Of a DNA stretch of 64,000 bases, positions 22,932 to 32,230 are shown piece after piece. The position numbers and the translations under genes were made by a program. Origin of the DNA: Vulcanimicrobiota bacterium (lineage in GTDB: Bacteria > Vulcanimicrobiota > Vulcanimicrobiia > Vulcanimicrobiales > Vulcanimicrobiaceae); assembly GCA_963833095.1 (NCBI GenBank), contig CAWHWQ010000004.1, forward strand, positions 1 through 64,000, written 5' to 3'. The notes beneath the pieces were generated by a model that saw only the letters and a program-made list of their open reading frames with translations, ran no database searches and was not told the origin of the DNA. Numbering within the stretch: position 1 is the stretch's first letter; each line of letters starts with the position of its first letter.

Positions 22932-23636
22932 GTGGGCAAACGCGTCGGGATCATCCAGTCGAACTACATCCCTTGGAAAGGCTACTTCGACTTCATCGCA
23001 AGCGTCGACGAGTTCGTCCTGCTCGACGAAGTGCAATATACGCGGCGCGATTGGCGCAATCGCAACAAGATCAAGACCGTCGATGGCCTACGCTGGCTTA
23101 CGATACCGGTCGACGTTAGCGGCAAGTACACGCAATCCATCGATCAAACCCGGATCGCCGAACCCGGGTGGGCGCACGAGCACCTAGCTTCGCTACGACA
23201 CGCCTACGCGCGAGCACCGCACGCAAAGGAACAGTGGGGGTGGATCGAGGGACTGTACGAAGCGGCGGCAACGCTTCCAATGCTCACTGCCGTCAATGAG
23301 TTGTTCATTCGCGCGATCGCTGAGCGCCTGGGGATTGCTACGCGAATCTCACGCTCTACCGACTACGCGGGAGCACCGGGAAAGAACGAGCGGCTGATGG
23401 CAATTTGCCGCCAAGCGGGTGCCTCGGTGTACCTTTCCGGCCCCGCCGCAGCGTCCTATATCGACCACGCGCTTTGGAATGCGCAGGGCGTAAACGTCGA
23501 GTTTAAGAGTTACGAAGGCTACCCGGAATATCCGCAGCTCCATGGCCCCTTCGAGCACGGTGTTACGATCTTGGATGTTTTCTTCAACCTCGGCGACGAG
23601 GCGCCGGCCTACTTCCGCGCGGGGGCGCGCGCGTGA
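22932..23636 (+). CDS. WbqC-family protein
   Basis: IIQSNYIPWKGYFD, QYTRRDWRNRNKIKT, YLSGPAA, YPQL. Confidence 0.9.
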   Translation: MGKRVGIIQSNYIPWKGYFDFIASVDEFVLLDEVQYTRRDWRNRNKIKTVDGLRWLTIPVDVSGKYTQSIDQTRIAEPGWAHEHLASLRHAYARAPHAKEQWGWIEGLYEAAATLPMLTAVNELFIRAIAERLGIATRISRSTDYAGAPGKNERLMAICRQAGASVYLSGPAAASYIDHALWNAQGVNVEFKSYEGYPEYPQLHGPFEHGVTILDVFFNLGDEAPAYFRAGARA

Positions 23637-24259
23637 GCGAGCACGATCCTATCCTGGGCAAGATCGACGCGTATTACAGCGGTAAGTTACGCGACTTCGG
23701 ACCGACACCGCGCGGCGTGGATTGGAACTCGGAACAATCCCAAGTGACCCGATTCGAACAGGTGGCGCGCCTTCTCCCGGAAGGGAGCGACTTCTCTGTG
23801 CTCGACTACGGCTGCGGGTACGGCGCATTTTTGGATTTCTTGAATGCGCGCGACCGATATCCGCACTACATCGGCTTTGACATATCAGAAGCGATGATCG
23901 AGAGCGCGCAAACGTTGCACGCCCACAACGAGCGTGCTTTCTTCACTGCAAACGCCGCCGCGCTGAAGCCCGCTGACTTCGTCGTCGCGAGCGGTATTTT
24001 TAGCGTGAAAATGGACGTGACTGCGCCGCAGTGGGAAAAATACGTGCGCGCTACGATCGAGCGCATGCACGCGCTATCACGCAAAGGGTTCGCCTTCAAC
24101 CTTCTGACGTCATATTCCGATCCGGAGCGAATGCGGGACGATCTCTACTACGGGCAGCCTGCCGAATATTTCGATTTGTGCGAAGGCTATTCGCGCTGGG
24201 TTGCGCTGCTGCACGATTACGGACTCTACGAATTCACGCTTGTCGTGCGGAAACCGTGA
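23633..24259 (+). CDS. Class I SAM methyltransferase
   Basis: VLDYGCGYG, GFDIS, DFVVASGIF. Confidence 0.88.
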   Translation: MSEHDPILGKIDAYYSGKLRDFGPTPRGVDWNSEQSQVTRFEQVARLLPEGSDFSVLDYGCGYGAFLDFLNARDRYPHYIGFDISEAMIESAQTLHAHNERAFFTANAAALKPADFVVASGIFSVKMDVTAPQWEKYVRATIERMHALSRKGFAFNLLTSYSDPERMRDDLYYGQPAEYFDLCEGYSRWVALLHDYGLYEFTLVVRKP

Positions 24260-25865
24260 CTCCCGAGGCGGACAACTTCCGCACCAGGATCGCGCGCAAA
24301 TCCTCGGCGTAACGCTTCGATTTCTCGAACGCGTTGCAATCCCGCGACGCCTTTTCATAGACTGCGGCACCGTCGCGTGCGCGGCGTTCGGGCTCGTTGA
24401 TGTACGCAAGCGCAATTCTCGCATAGTCCGCCGCGTCGCCCGCGCGCGCCAGCTCCAAAACGCCTGAGAGTAACGACGTCGCGACTGAGGTTATGGAACT
24501 GACACCGGTCGGATCGAGATCGGTATCGGGCGCAGGCAACATGGCCACGATCGGCCGGCCGCCCTGCATCGCGTCGAGAAGCGTCTGACCACCGACCCAC
24601 GGATACGTATCGCAATAGATGTCGACCGTCTTGTTCAATGCCGGCGCGTCGCCCTGGCGCGGTCCCAGAAAGCGCACTCGCTCGAGAACGCCTTCGGCGG
24701 CGAACCGGCGTTGCAGCGACGCAACCGCGTCGAGCCCGTCACGACCGGCCAGAAGCAGCCACGCGCGCCGATCCGACTTCAAGATGATCGACATCGCGTC
24801 CTGATACACGCTCGTGTTGGCCTTTTCCATACGACCGAAGGTTCCGAGCAGCACGGCATCGTCGGGGACGCCGAGCAACGACCGCTGTAACGGCACTGCG
24901 GCATCGATCTCCTCGCCCATCATTACCGAGCTGCCATAGTACTTGCTGATCCCCGGCCACTCCGTAATCTGCTCCTGACGTGAATCGACACCTTGATAGA
25001 TCAGATCCCATTTCCCGATGAACGGCTCGAGACTGCGATTCTCCCAGGCCTGCACCGGCGCAAGTCCAATGGTCGCGGCGAGCTTTCCCAAATTGTCGTA
25101 GAGCGAAGTCGTCCACGAGATCGCGTGAACGGGATGCTGCTCAAAGTGCGCGATGAGCCACTCGAGACGCGCCTTGTTCTCCTTCGAAGGGGGATGAAAA
25201 AACGGGACCCCCATCGCTGCTAGCCGCCCAAGTTTTTGCTGGCTGTTCGTCTCCGAACCGCCGCTCGCGACGACGCTAACATCGTAGCCAAGTTTCTTGA
25301 AATGCTCCGCGCGCTTCATGATCAGCACGGTCGGACCATCTTCATCTTGAATGCCCGAGCAGGTGATCGCTATCCGAAACGGCTCGATCTCGGGAACCCG
25401 CAGGTGCGGCGTTTTGAATAAGCCCGCGAGCGACGCAATCGCCGCGTCGATTTCGCGATCGTGCCCGTATCGAATCGCCGGCCGCGAGCGCTTGTCACGC
25501 CGCTGCCCGATGATCGCGCCCCGCGTCGTTGCTAACTGCAGGTACTGCATCGCCCCGTCGAACCGGCCGGCTGCGGCCGCCTGGATGCCGATCTGTTTGA
25601 GCGTTTCGATATATGGCTCGTCGATATCGGATAGATTGGCGAGGCGTTCCACCGCGGTAACCGAACCCTGATCCTGGTAATTGCACTCGCGCGCGAGACG
25701 CGCCGCTGCTACGAGCGCCTGGCGAATCTTGGTTCGTGCCAACGCCACCGTTGCGAGCAGACGCGCATCGCGATCCTCGGATTCGAGCAACGCGCGCACG
25801 TCGTCTTCCTCGACATCCAGGCATTCCGCCAGCGCATTGCGCAGCTCGTCGAGGTTCAAGGTCAT
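24234..25865 (-). CDS. GT-B glycosyltransferase (GT4/GT41-like C-terminal domain, helical N-terminus)
   Basis: GTFGRMEK, RVRFLG, DIYCDTYPWVGGQTLLDAMQGGRPIV. Confidence 0.75.
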   Translation of the reverse strand: MTLNLDELRNALAECLDVEEDDVRALLESEDRDARLLATVALARTKIRQALVAAARLARECNYQDQGSVTAVERLANLSDIDEPYIETLKQIGIQAAAAGRFDGAMQYLQLATTRGAIIGQRRDKRSRPAIRYGHDREIDAAIASLAGLFKTPHLRVPEIEPFRIAITCSGIQDEDGPTVLIMKRAEHFKKLGYDVSVVASGGSETNSQQKLGRLAAMGVPFFHPPSKENKARLEWLIAHFEQHPVHAISWTTSLYDNLGKLAATIGLAPVQAWENRSLEPFIGKWDLIYQGVDSRQEQITEWPGISKYYGSSVMMGEEIDAAVPLQRSLLGVPDDAVLLGTFGRMEKANTSVYQDAMSIILKSDRRAWLLLAGRDGLDAVASLQRRFAAEGVLERVRFLGPRQGDAPALNKTVDIYCDTYPWVGGQTLLDAMQGGRPIVAMLPAPDTDLDPTGVSSITSVATSLLSGVLELARAGDAADYARIALAYINEPERRARDGAAVYEKASRDCNAFEKSKRYAEDLRAILVRKLSASGVTVSARQA

Positions 25866-25910
25866 CGTCCTCGCGTTTGCGAACGCCAGTCGCCTAAACT
25901 CACACTGCTC

Positions 25911-25938
25911 TTATCGGCTTCGCCGGAAAGGGACCTTA
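25911..25938 (-). promoter_or_regulatory. sigma28 promoter
   Basis: Minus strand TAAG-N16-GCCGATAA upstream of the glycosyltransferase start at 25865. Confidence 0.75.
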
Positions 25939-25948
25939 GGTCACGTAG

Positions 25949-26797
25949 ATGGACGACTTGCGTGAGCGAGCGCTTGTTTTGCTCGCGAAAGGTCAGGCTG
26001 CGTTTGGATTCGGCGACGCCGTGCTCCAGCGCGATTTGGCGAAGACACTCGATCCCAATTGGCAGACGGGCCTTTTTCAGATGGTCGCAAATGTCATCCA
26101 GTCTCCAGAGTTTTGGTCGACGCCGCGAAGCGTCCTGGAAGTGGGTTGCGGCAGCGGATCGTTCGTTACCGTGGGACTCACGCAGGGACACGATGCATGG
26201 GGCATCGACAATGACGCCGACCGGTTGGCCATCGGCTACGCCCGCATCGACGCGTTCGGGCTCGAGCCCGCCTGGAAGAGCCGTCTCGTCCAGGGAGACG
26301 CGAGCGCTACTCATTTCGAACCGAATCGATTCGACCTCGTGCTCGGGCATCAATTCATCGAACACGTGCCCGACCCGGCCGGTACGATCAGCGAATTGCT
26401 ACGCATCACCAAGCCCGGCGGCTTCGTCGTGCTGTTTGCGCCGGATTACCGCGCGCCGTTTGAGGCGCACTACGAGATCCCTTGGCCGCCATTCTTACCG
26501 CGAGAATTGTGCAAGGCGTGGCTGGACGGTTTCGATCGCCCGTACGGCGGGCTGGACATGTTCTACTACACCACCGTCGCGCAGATCTTGGGTATCCTCG
26601 AGCCGCTGAACTGCCGTGTCGTTACAGCGTATAACGATCGCAAAATCGAGCCGCAGGCGATGCGGCATTTTGATTGCTCCACTCCGCAAGCTACCTTCGA
26701 CACTGCGCGAAAATTCCGGACGGCCTACGAAGCTCGATCGCTGCCGGAGAACTTCATGATCGCGACGAGCTTCGGCGTCGCCGCGCAAAAGCTTTAG
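25949..26797 (+). CDS. Class I SAM methyltransferase
   Basis: VLEVGCGSG, FDLV...FIEHVPDP...RITKPGG. Confidence 0.88.
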   Translation: MDDLRERALVLLAKGQAAFGFGDAVLQRDLAKTLDPNWQTGLFQMVANVIQSPEFWSTPRSVLEVGCGSGSFVTVGLTQGHDAWGIDNDADRLAIGYARIDAFGLEPAWKSRLVQGDASATHFEPNRFDLVLGHQFIEHVPDPAGTISELLRITKPGGFVVLFAPDYRAPFEAHYEIPWPPFLPRELCKAWLDGFDRPYGGLDMFYYTTVAQILGILEPLNCRVVTAYNDRKIEPQAMRHFDCSTPQATFDTARKFRTAYEARSLPENFMIATSFGVAAQKL

Positions 26798-27762
26798 AGC
26801 TTCGGCTCCGCGATGCCGGTGCTGGGCATCGGCTGCGAAGCCCTGACCTGCGCTTCGAGTTCGGAAATCCGCGCGCCACGCTGATTCGCGATAGTATTCA
26901 ACTCGGTGAGCTTCCGATAGAGCGGCACGGCCACCGCGCTTGTGAGCGAGCGGCTGATATTGAACAGTTCCGCGAGGTTCATAATCGCGGGCAGATCGCG
27001 CTTGAGGAGCGCTTCGTAGAGCGGCCCGGTAAAAGGCAGGCGAAACGCGTTCGACGGAGCATGATGACGCAACTCGGGCGCAACCACGCGCGCGAGCATA
27101 GCGCGCAGTTCGTCGTCGGTGCCGGAATACGGCAGCGTCAGCTTTTCCATCATATAGCGCGCTTGCTCGACCGGGCGATCGATCCATTCTTGGTAGTCGA
27201 CGATCGCGGCGATCCGGTCGCGGCACGCGAGCAACGCATCGGCGTTGTGCTCGAGCCAGAGCAGCTCCGAGATGACCGGATCGAGTTTTCCGCGCGCGTG
27301 AATCGATCCCGCGACTTCGTTTGGATGGCGTGTCACGAGCAGATAGCTCGGCTCGGCTCCAAGTTCTGCGACGATTTCATGCCACATCGGCATGAGGCGC
27401 ATCGTTCGAGGATCTTTGAAGGCCCAGACGGGATGCTTCTGCAGCTCGGAGTTCACGAATGCCGCGATCTGATTGCGCAGAGGTGTGATCGACGGGGACT
27501 TCCACCACTCCGGCGGAAGCGCGCGCATCGACGTCGGGGTGTCCCACGCAAGCCCGAACGAAGCCAGGATGCGATCCTGCAAGAACGAGATCGTTTGCGA
27601 CTCGAAATATCCGCGCGCATTTTCGTGGGTAGCCGGCATGAGGTCTTCGCTGAGCGAGACGCCGAGCTCGGACAACACGTTGGTCGTGAGCGAGGTGCCC
27701 GAACGATGCATGCCCAGGACAAAGATGATCCGGGGCTTGGCTGGGGTGTCCGACTGATTCAC
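26794..27762 (-). CDS. Sulfotransferase-family protein
   Basis: VLGMHRSGTS 5'-PSB-like loop, N.RGYFE, FKDPR, RHPNEVAGS. Start reassigned to GTG 27762. Confidence 0.85.
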   Translation of the reverse strand: MNQSDTPAKPRIIFVLGMHRSGTSLTTNVLSELGVSLSEDLMPATHENARGYFESQTISFLQDRILASFGLAWDTPTSMRALPPEWWKSPSITPLRNQIAAFVNSELQKHPVWAFKDPRTMRLMPMWHEIVAELGAEPSYLLVTRHPNEVAGSIHARGKLDPVISELLWLEHNADALLACRDRIAAIVDYQEWIDRPVEQARYMMEKLTLPYSGTDDELRAMLARVVAPELRHHAPSNAFRLPFTGPLYEALLKRDLPAIMNLAELFNISRSLTSAVAVPLYRKLTELNTIANQRGARISELEAQVRASQPMPSTGIAEPKL

Positions 27763-27770
27763 GTTTAAGG

Positions 27771-27798
27771 GTATCGGCCCGCCCACCACGGGCGCTTA
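27771..27798 (-). promoter_or_regulatory. sigma28 promoter
   Basis: Minus strand TAAG-N16-GCCGATAC, 8 nt before GTG 27762. Confidence 0.75.
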
Positions 27799-27802
27799 GG
27801 GA

Positions 27803-28564
27803 CTAGAAGAATAACCGGATGCCGACGATCACGAGAATCAGCGAAAGACCGATCCGAAACGCTCGCTCGGGTAGGCGCCTAGCCAGCGGCGTACCAATGA
27901 GTACGCCCGGGATCGACCCGGCGAGCAGGAGCATCGCAAGCCGCACATTCACGTCGCCGAGCTTAAAGTGCCCGAGGATTGCCGGCACGAGCAGCACCAC
28001 CGCAAATGCGACGTCGGTGCCGACCAGCGTGCGCAGCTGCGCTTGCGAGAGAACCAGCAAGAGCAACGGCAGCGTAAGCGATCCGCTCCCGATCGAGGTT
28101 ATGCTCACCAGCGTACCGACGACGAAACCTGTCACGGCTAACGGAACGCGCGGCAGCGGCGAGGCCGTCGGCTGCTTGTCCGGCGCAACTGAACGCGTCA
28201 GAGCCACCGCTCCCGACGCAATGAGCAGAGCGACGCCGAGCGCAAGCTTCAATACGTGGTTGACCACGCCCAGCGGCAGATGCGCGTGTAGCCAACCGGT
28301 GATCAACACGCCGAGGATCGCCCCGGGAACGCCGCCGATCGAAAGGAAGAGCAGCGCACGGTAGTTGACCGTTTGCGCGCGGATATGGGTCAGGAAGGCG
28401 ACGATCTTGGTTCCCAAGCTAAAGAGCAGATCCGAACCGATCGCCGTACTCGCATCGTATCCGAGGAAGAGCACGATCAACGGCGTGGTGAGCGATCCCG
28501 CGCCGACGCCGGAGTACGAAATGCACAACCCGACGATGAAGCCGATCAGCACGATCTGAATCAC
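27803..28564 (-). CDS. TauE/SafE (TSUP) family sulfur-compound transporter
   Basis: Multi-TM with duplicated GVGAGSL..P / SIGSGSL..P and AIGSD / LVGTD motifs. Confidence 0.88.
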   Translation of the reverse strand: MIQIVLIGFIVGLCISYSGVGAGSLTTPLIVLFLGYDASTAIGSDLLFSLGTKIVAFLTHIRAQTVNYRALLFLSIGGVPGAILGVLITGWLHAHLPLGVVNHVLKLALGVALLIASGAVALTRSVAPDKQPTASPLPRVPLAVTGFVVGTLVSITSIGSGSLTLPLLLLVLSQAQLRTLVGTDVAFAVVLLVPAILGHFKLGDVNVRLAMLLLAGSIPGVLIGTPLARRLPERAFRIGLSLILVIVGIRLFF

Positions 28565-30390
28565 TTGACGAGATGCCTCTCCACGTATTCGAGAAGTTGC
28601 GCCGCTGATTCCTCAATAAGATGGCTCGCGGTATCGACCACGAGTTCGGGGTTACTCGGTATCTCGTACGGCGAGGAAACGCCGGTGAAGTGGGCGAGTT
28701 CACCGCGCCGGGCGCGACCGTAGTGTCCCTTGACGTCACGGCCTTCTGCGGTGACCAGATCGCACGACACGTAAATCTCATGAAATCCGTCGGGGTACGC
28801 CGCCCGCGCCAATTCCCGATCAGCCGCAAAAGGCGAGATCAAGGCACAGATCACGATGAAGCCGGCGTCGGCGAAGACGCCCGCAACCGCCGCGGTGCGG
28901 CGCACGTTCTCCGAACGGTCTTCGTCGCTGAAGCCGAGGTCGACGTTGAGCGTGGTGCGCAGCGTATCGCCGTCGAGCACGTAGACCAGCCGGCCGCGCT
29001 CGAAGAGCATGCGCTGCACCGCCATGGCGACGGTCGATTTTCCCGCGCTCGGGAGCCCGGTGAGCCAGAACACGCCGCCAGCATGGCCGTTGCGCGTGGT
29101 TCGCTCGACGCGTTCGACCGACGACGTCATCGCGACGACGTTGGTTGCTCCCTCGCCGCGAGCGTGACCGACTACGGCGTCGATGCGGCCGCCGGCGACG
29201 ATTGCGCCGCTACGGACAAGGACGAAGCGGCCGATGCTCGACTCGGCCAAGTTGGTGTCAGCCGCGATCAGCTCACGCGACACGAGCGATACGACGCCTA
29301 CATCGCCGCTGCGCAGTTCCTGCGCCTCGCGCGGCTCCAGCGTATCGGGATCGATGCTTTCCTCGATACGCGCCAGCGTGACCGAGATCTCACGAGCCCC
29401 CAAACGCATGCGCAACGGCTCACCGGCGCGCACTGGATCGACGCCAAGCCACACAACGGTGGTCTGCGCAGCGTGGCCAAGTTCGGGGGCGTCGATCGCG
29501 CGGCTCCCGACCGCTCCGCGATCGACGAAGACGCGCGCGTCCAATTCCACCGCGATCGATGCTCCGGTTGCGGCAATCTCTAGCTCGTCCGGCCAGTCGT
29601 GAATCGCTACGACGCGCGCACCGGTTTGCAACGGCCAAAACGTGAGATACTCGCCGCGTTCGAGCATACCGCTCTCGACCCGCCCGGCGATCAGGCGTTT
29701 GCCGTCACGACGATAGACATCTTGGACTACAAAGCGCAACGGGCCGTCTTCGCGGACCTGCACGCGTTCGAGCGTGCCCAAGGCCTCGATCAGGGTCGGT
29801 CCCTGCCACCACGCCGTCAGCGGTCCGGGCTTGACGATTCCATCACCGCTGCGCGCCGCAACCGGCACGATCGCCCGCGCTTGCATCCCGAGCTGATCCA
29901 GAAACGCCGTGACTTCGGCGGCGCGCGCAGCGTATGCCGCTTGCGGGTCGTCCGCCAAGTCGAGCTTGTTGATCGCCACCAGCACATTGGCAAATCCAAA
30001 CCAGCGCAAAAAGAGCGCCTGGCGCCGCGTCTGTTGCGTGATACCTTCATCGGCAGCGACGACCATCACCGCGGCATCGACTTCCGATGCGCCGCTAAGC
30101 AGATTGCGGATTAGCTCGCGGTGTCCGGGCGCATCGACGAAAACAAACTCCGCGTCCCGCGTGCGCACCCAAATACGCGTGAGGTCCAGCGTAATGGCTT
30201 GGTCGCGTTCGAGCTGGAACGCATCGAGCAAGAACGAATACTCGATCGGCACGCCGCGTTTGCTGCTCGAGGTTTCAAGCTCCTCGAGCTTTGCCGGCGT
30301 CACCAATCCAAGATCGACCAGCAGACGCCCGAGAATCGTCGACTTGCCGGCGTCGACGTCGCCGACCATCACGATGCGAACGTTCTTCAC
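28561..30390 (-). CDS. cysNC: Bifunctional sulfate adenylyltransferase subunit 1 / APS kinase
   Basis: GTPase GDVDAGKST, DAPGH, NKLD; C-terminal WLTGLPSAGKST, LDGD, RD.KG.Y, FTGVSSPYE.P. Confidence 0.93.
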   Translation of the reverse strand: MKNVRIVMVGDVDAGKSTILGRLLVDLGLVTPAKLEELETSSSKRGVPIEYSFLLDAFQLERDQAITLDLTRIWVRTRDAEFVFVDAPGHRELIRNLLSGASEVDAAVMVVAADEGITQQTRRQALFLRWFGFANVLVAINKLDLADDPQAAYAARAAEVTAFLDQLGMQARAIVPVAARSGDGIVKPGPLTAWWQGPTLIEALGTLERVQVREDGPLRFVVQDVYRRDGKRLIAGRVESGMLERGEYLTFWPLQTGARVVAIHDWPDELEIAATGASIAVELDARVFVDRGAVGSRAIDAPELGHAAQTTVVWLGVDPVRAGEPLRMRLGAREISVTLARIEESIDPDTLEPREAQELRSGDVGVVSLVSRELIAADTNLAESSIGRFVLVRSGAIVAGGRIDAVVGHARGEGATNVVAMTSSVERVERTTRNGHAGGVFWLTGLPSAGKSTVAMAVQRMLFERGRLVYVLDGDTLRTTLNVDLGFSDEDRSENVRRTAAVAGVFADAGFIVICALISPFAADRELARAAYPDGFHEIYVSCDLVTAEGRDVKGHYGRARRGELAHFTGVSSPYEIPSNPELVVDTASHLIEESAAQLLEYVERHLVK

Positions 30391-31190
30391 ATGTACCCCG
30401 TGGTCCGCAGCCGCTCGAACGCGTCCTCGCTCTCATTATCCATCGCGCGGCCGGCGCGCTCGGGTTCCCGCGTTATTTCGAGTTCCGCAACGATTTTTTC
30501 GAGCGTGTCGGCGTCACTCGCGATCGGAAAGGTGATGTTACTCTCGCCGAGCGAGCGATACCGTTTCCCGTCCTTGGCCAAGTAGAGCGGCACGTACGGA
30601 ATCTGCTCGCGCAGTGTGTAACGCCAAATGTCCAATTCAGTCCAATGCAGTAGCGGATGGATGCGCACGTGCGCACCGTCGGGCACGTCGTACGCGTAGT
30701 AGTCCCATAATTCGGGCGGCTGCGAGCGCGGATCCCACGAGCCGTCGGCGTTGCGCGGACTGAAGATCCGCTCTTTGGCGCGGATCGCTTGCTCGTCGCG
30801 CCGGATTCCAAGGAGAATCCCGCGGTAGCCCTCGCGCGCGATGAGCGCGCGCAGACCCGCCGTTTTGCGCGCCGCGTGCCGCGCGGCCGGCGGAAGCGTT
30901 TGATCGACGGTGCTTTCCGGCGGGCAGGCTTCATTCGCAACGGGGAGGTTCCACTGCGCAACCAGATGATCGCGGAAGGCGTAGACCTCCTCGAATTCCA
31001 TGCCGGTGTCGAGCAGCACGACCGGAAAGGGAACCTCGCCAAGAAAGGCCTTGCGTACCATCCAAAGCAATGCGGTTGAATCTTTACCAATCGACCAGAG
31101 CATGGCAAGCGGCGACACGCACGAAAACGCTTCGCGCAGAATGAAGATCGTGCGGGCTTCGAGTTCGTCGAGATAGTCGAGGCGGGACAT
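30387..31190 (-). CDS. cysD: Sulfate adenylyltransferase subunit 2
   Basis: LWSIGKDS, RRDE...RAKERIFSPR, RIHPLLHWTELDIW. ATG 31190 follows AAGGA. Confidence 0.93.
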   Translation of the reverse strand: MSRLDYLDELEARTIFILREAFSCVSPLAMLWSIGKDSTALLWMVRKAFLGEVPFPVVLLDTGMEFEEVYAFRDHLVAQWNLPVANEACPPESTVDQTLPPAARHAARKTAGLRALIAREGYRGILLGIRRDEQAIRAKERIFSPRNADGSWDPRSQPPELWDYYAYDVPDGAHVRIHPLLHWTELDIWRYTLREQIPYVPLYLAKDGKRYRSLGESNITFPIASDADTLEKIVAELEITREPERAGRAMDNESEDAFERLRTTGYM

Positions 31191-31288
31191 CTCGTCCTTA
31201 TCTCGACCTCGTCTGCGTAAGGTCCTCGTTAGATTGCAACCAGTGCACAATGACTTTGCGCTCGCAGGTCTAACCTATCGGTGGCGCT

Positions 31289-32230
31289 ATGTCACGGTAC
31301 TTTGAATTCTTCGGCCTCGAACGCGACCCGTTCTTGGATACCGCCGACCCGTTTTTCTATTGCGAGTTCGGCGCGTTGCGCAAGGCCAAGGAGCGTCTGT
31401 ACGACGCGGTCGACGCTTCGCGCGGACTGACCGTGATTCTTGGCGACCCCGGGACGGGGAAGACGAGCCTCAGCGGCGCGCTCGAGCAGGAGCTCCTAGC
31501 CGACGATAAGGTCGTTCTCGCCAAAATCCTCGATCCGGCGTTCGCAACCGAGGTCGAATTCCTCATCGCCATCGGACGCGTTTTCGGCCTGGCGCTTCCG
31601 CCGCGCTCGAGCGCCGCGCTCAAGAATGCGCTCAAGAACTTCTTCTTCGAAACCGCGATCCTCGAAAAGCGCAACCTGGTCCTCACGATCGACGAAGCGC
31701 AGAACCTCAGCGACGAGAACCTCGAGGCGCTGCGCCTTCTCCTTAATTACCATGTGCCGCAGCGCAAATTGCTCAACATCTTGCTCTTTGGGCAAAGCGA
31801 GCTAGCCGAGCGCATTCGTGCCAAGGGTAATCTCGAGGACCGCGTGGACGGCTGGATACGCCTCGAGCGGCTCGATCCCGGAATGGCGTCCGCTGTTCTC
31901 GATTTCCGCCTCGCCAAGGCCGGTCTGCTGCCGGAACGGCAATTCTTCACACCGGACGCGCGCGCGCTCATGATCGACGCGGCCGACGGCCTCCCGCGCC
32001 GTCTCACGATGCTTGCTCATGCCGCAATGCAAGAGGCCTGCGATCGGGCGAGCACGCTGATCAACGAGGATCATGTCCGCTCGGCCATGCTGGTACGCGG
32101 CATCACACCGCGGCCGGCTGCCGTGGTGGCGCGGTCGGAAAATGGCGTTGTCGACGCCCCAGAATCCGACAACGAACCAGCACCGTGGGGTCTGCTCAGC
32201 CGGCTGTTCGCCCGGCGCTCCTCGTCATGA
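31289..32230 (+). CDS. ExeA/GspA-like AAA ATPase
   Basis: YFEFFGL..DPF..T.DP, GDPGTGKT, TIDEAQNL, LFGQ.EL, GLPR. Confidence 0.85.
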   Translation: MSRYFEFFGLERDPFLDTADPFFYCEFGALRKAKERLYDAVDASRGLTVILGDPGTGKTSLSGALEQELLADDKVVLAKILDPAFATEVEFLIAIGRVFGLALPPRSSAALKNALKNFFFETAILEKRNLVLTIDEAQNLSDENLEALRLLLNYHVPQRKLLNILLFGQSELAERIRAKGNLEDRVDGWIRLERLDPGMASAVLDFRLAKAGLLPERQFFTPDARALMIDAADGLPRRLTMLAHAAMQEACDRASTLINEDHVRSAMLVRGITPRPAAVVARSENGVVDAPESDNEPAPWGLLSRLFARRSSS

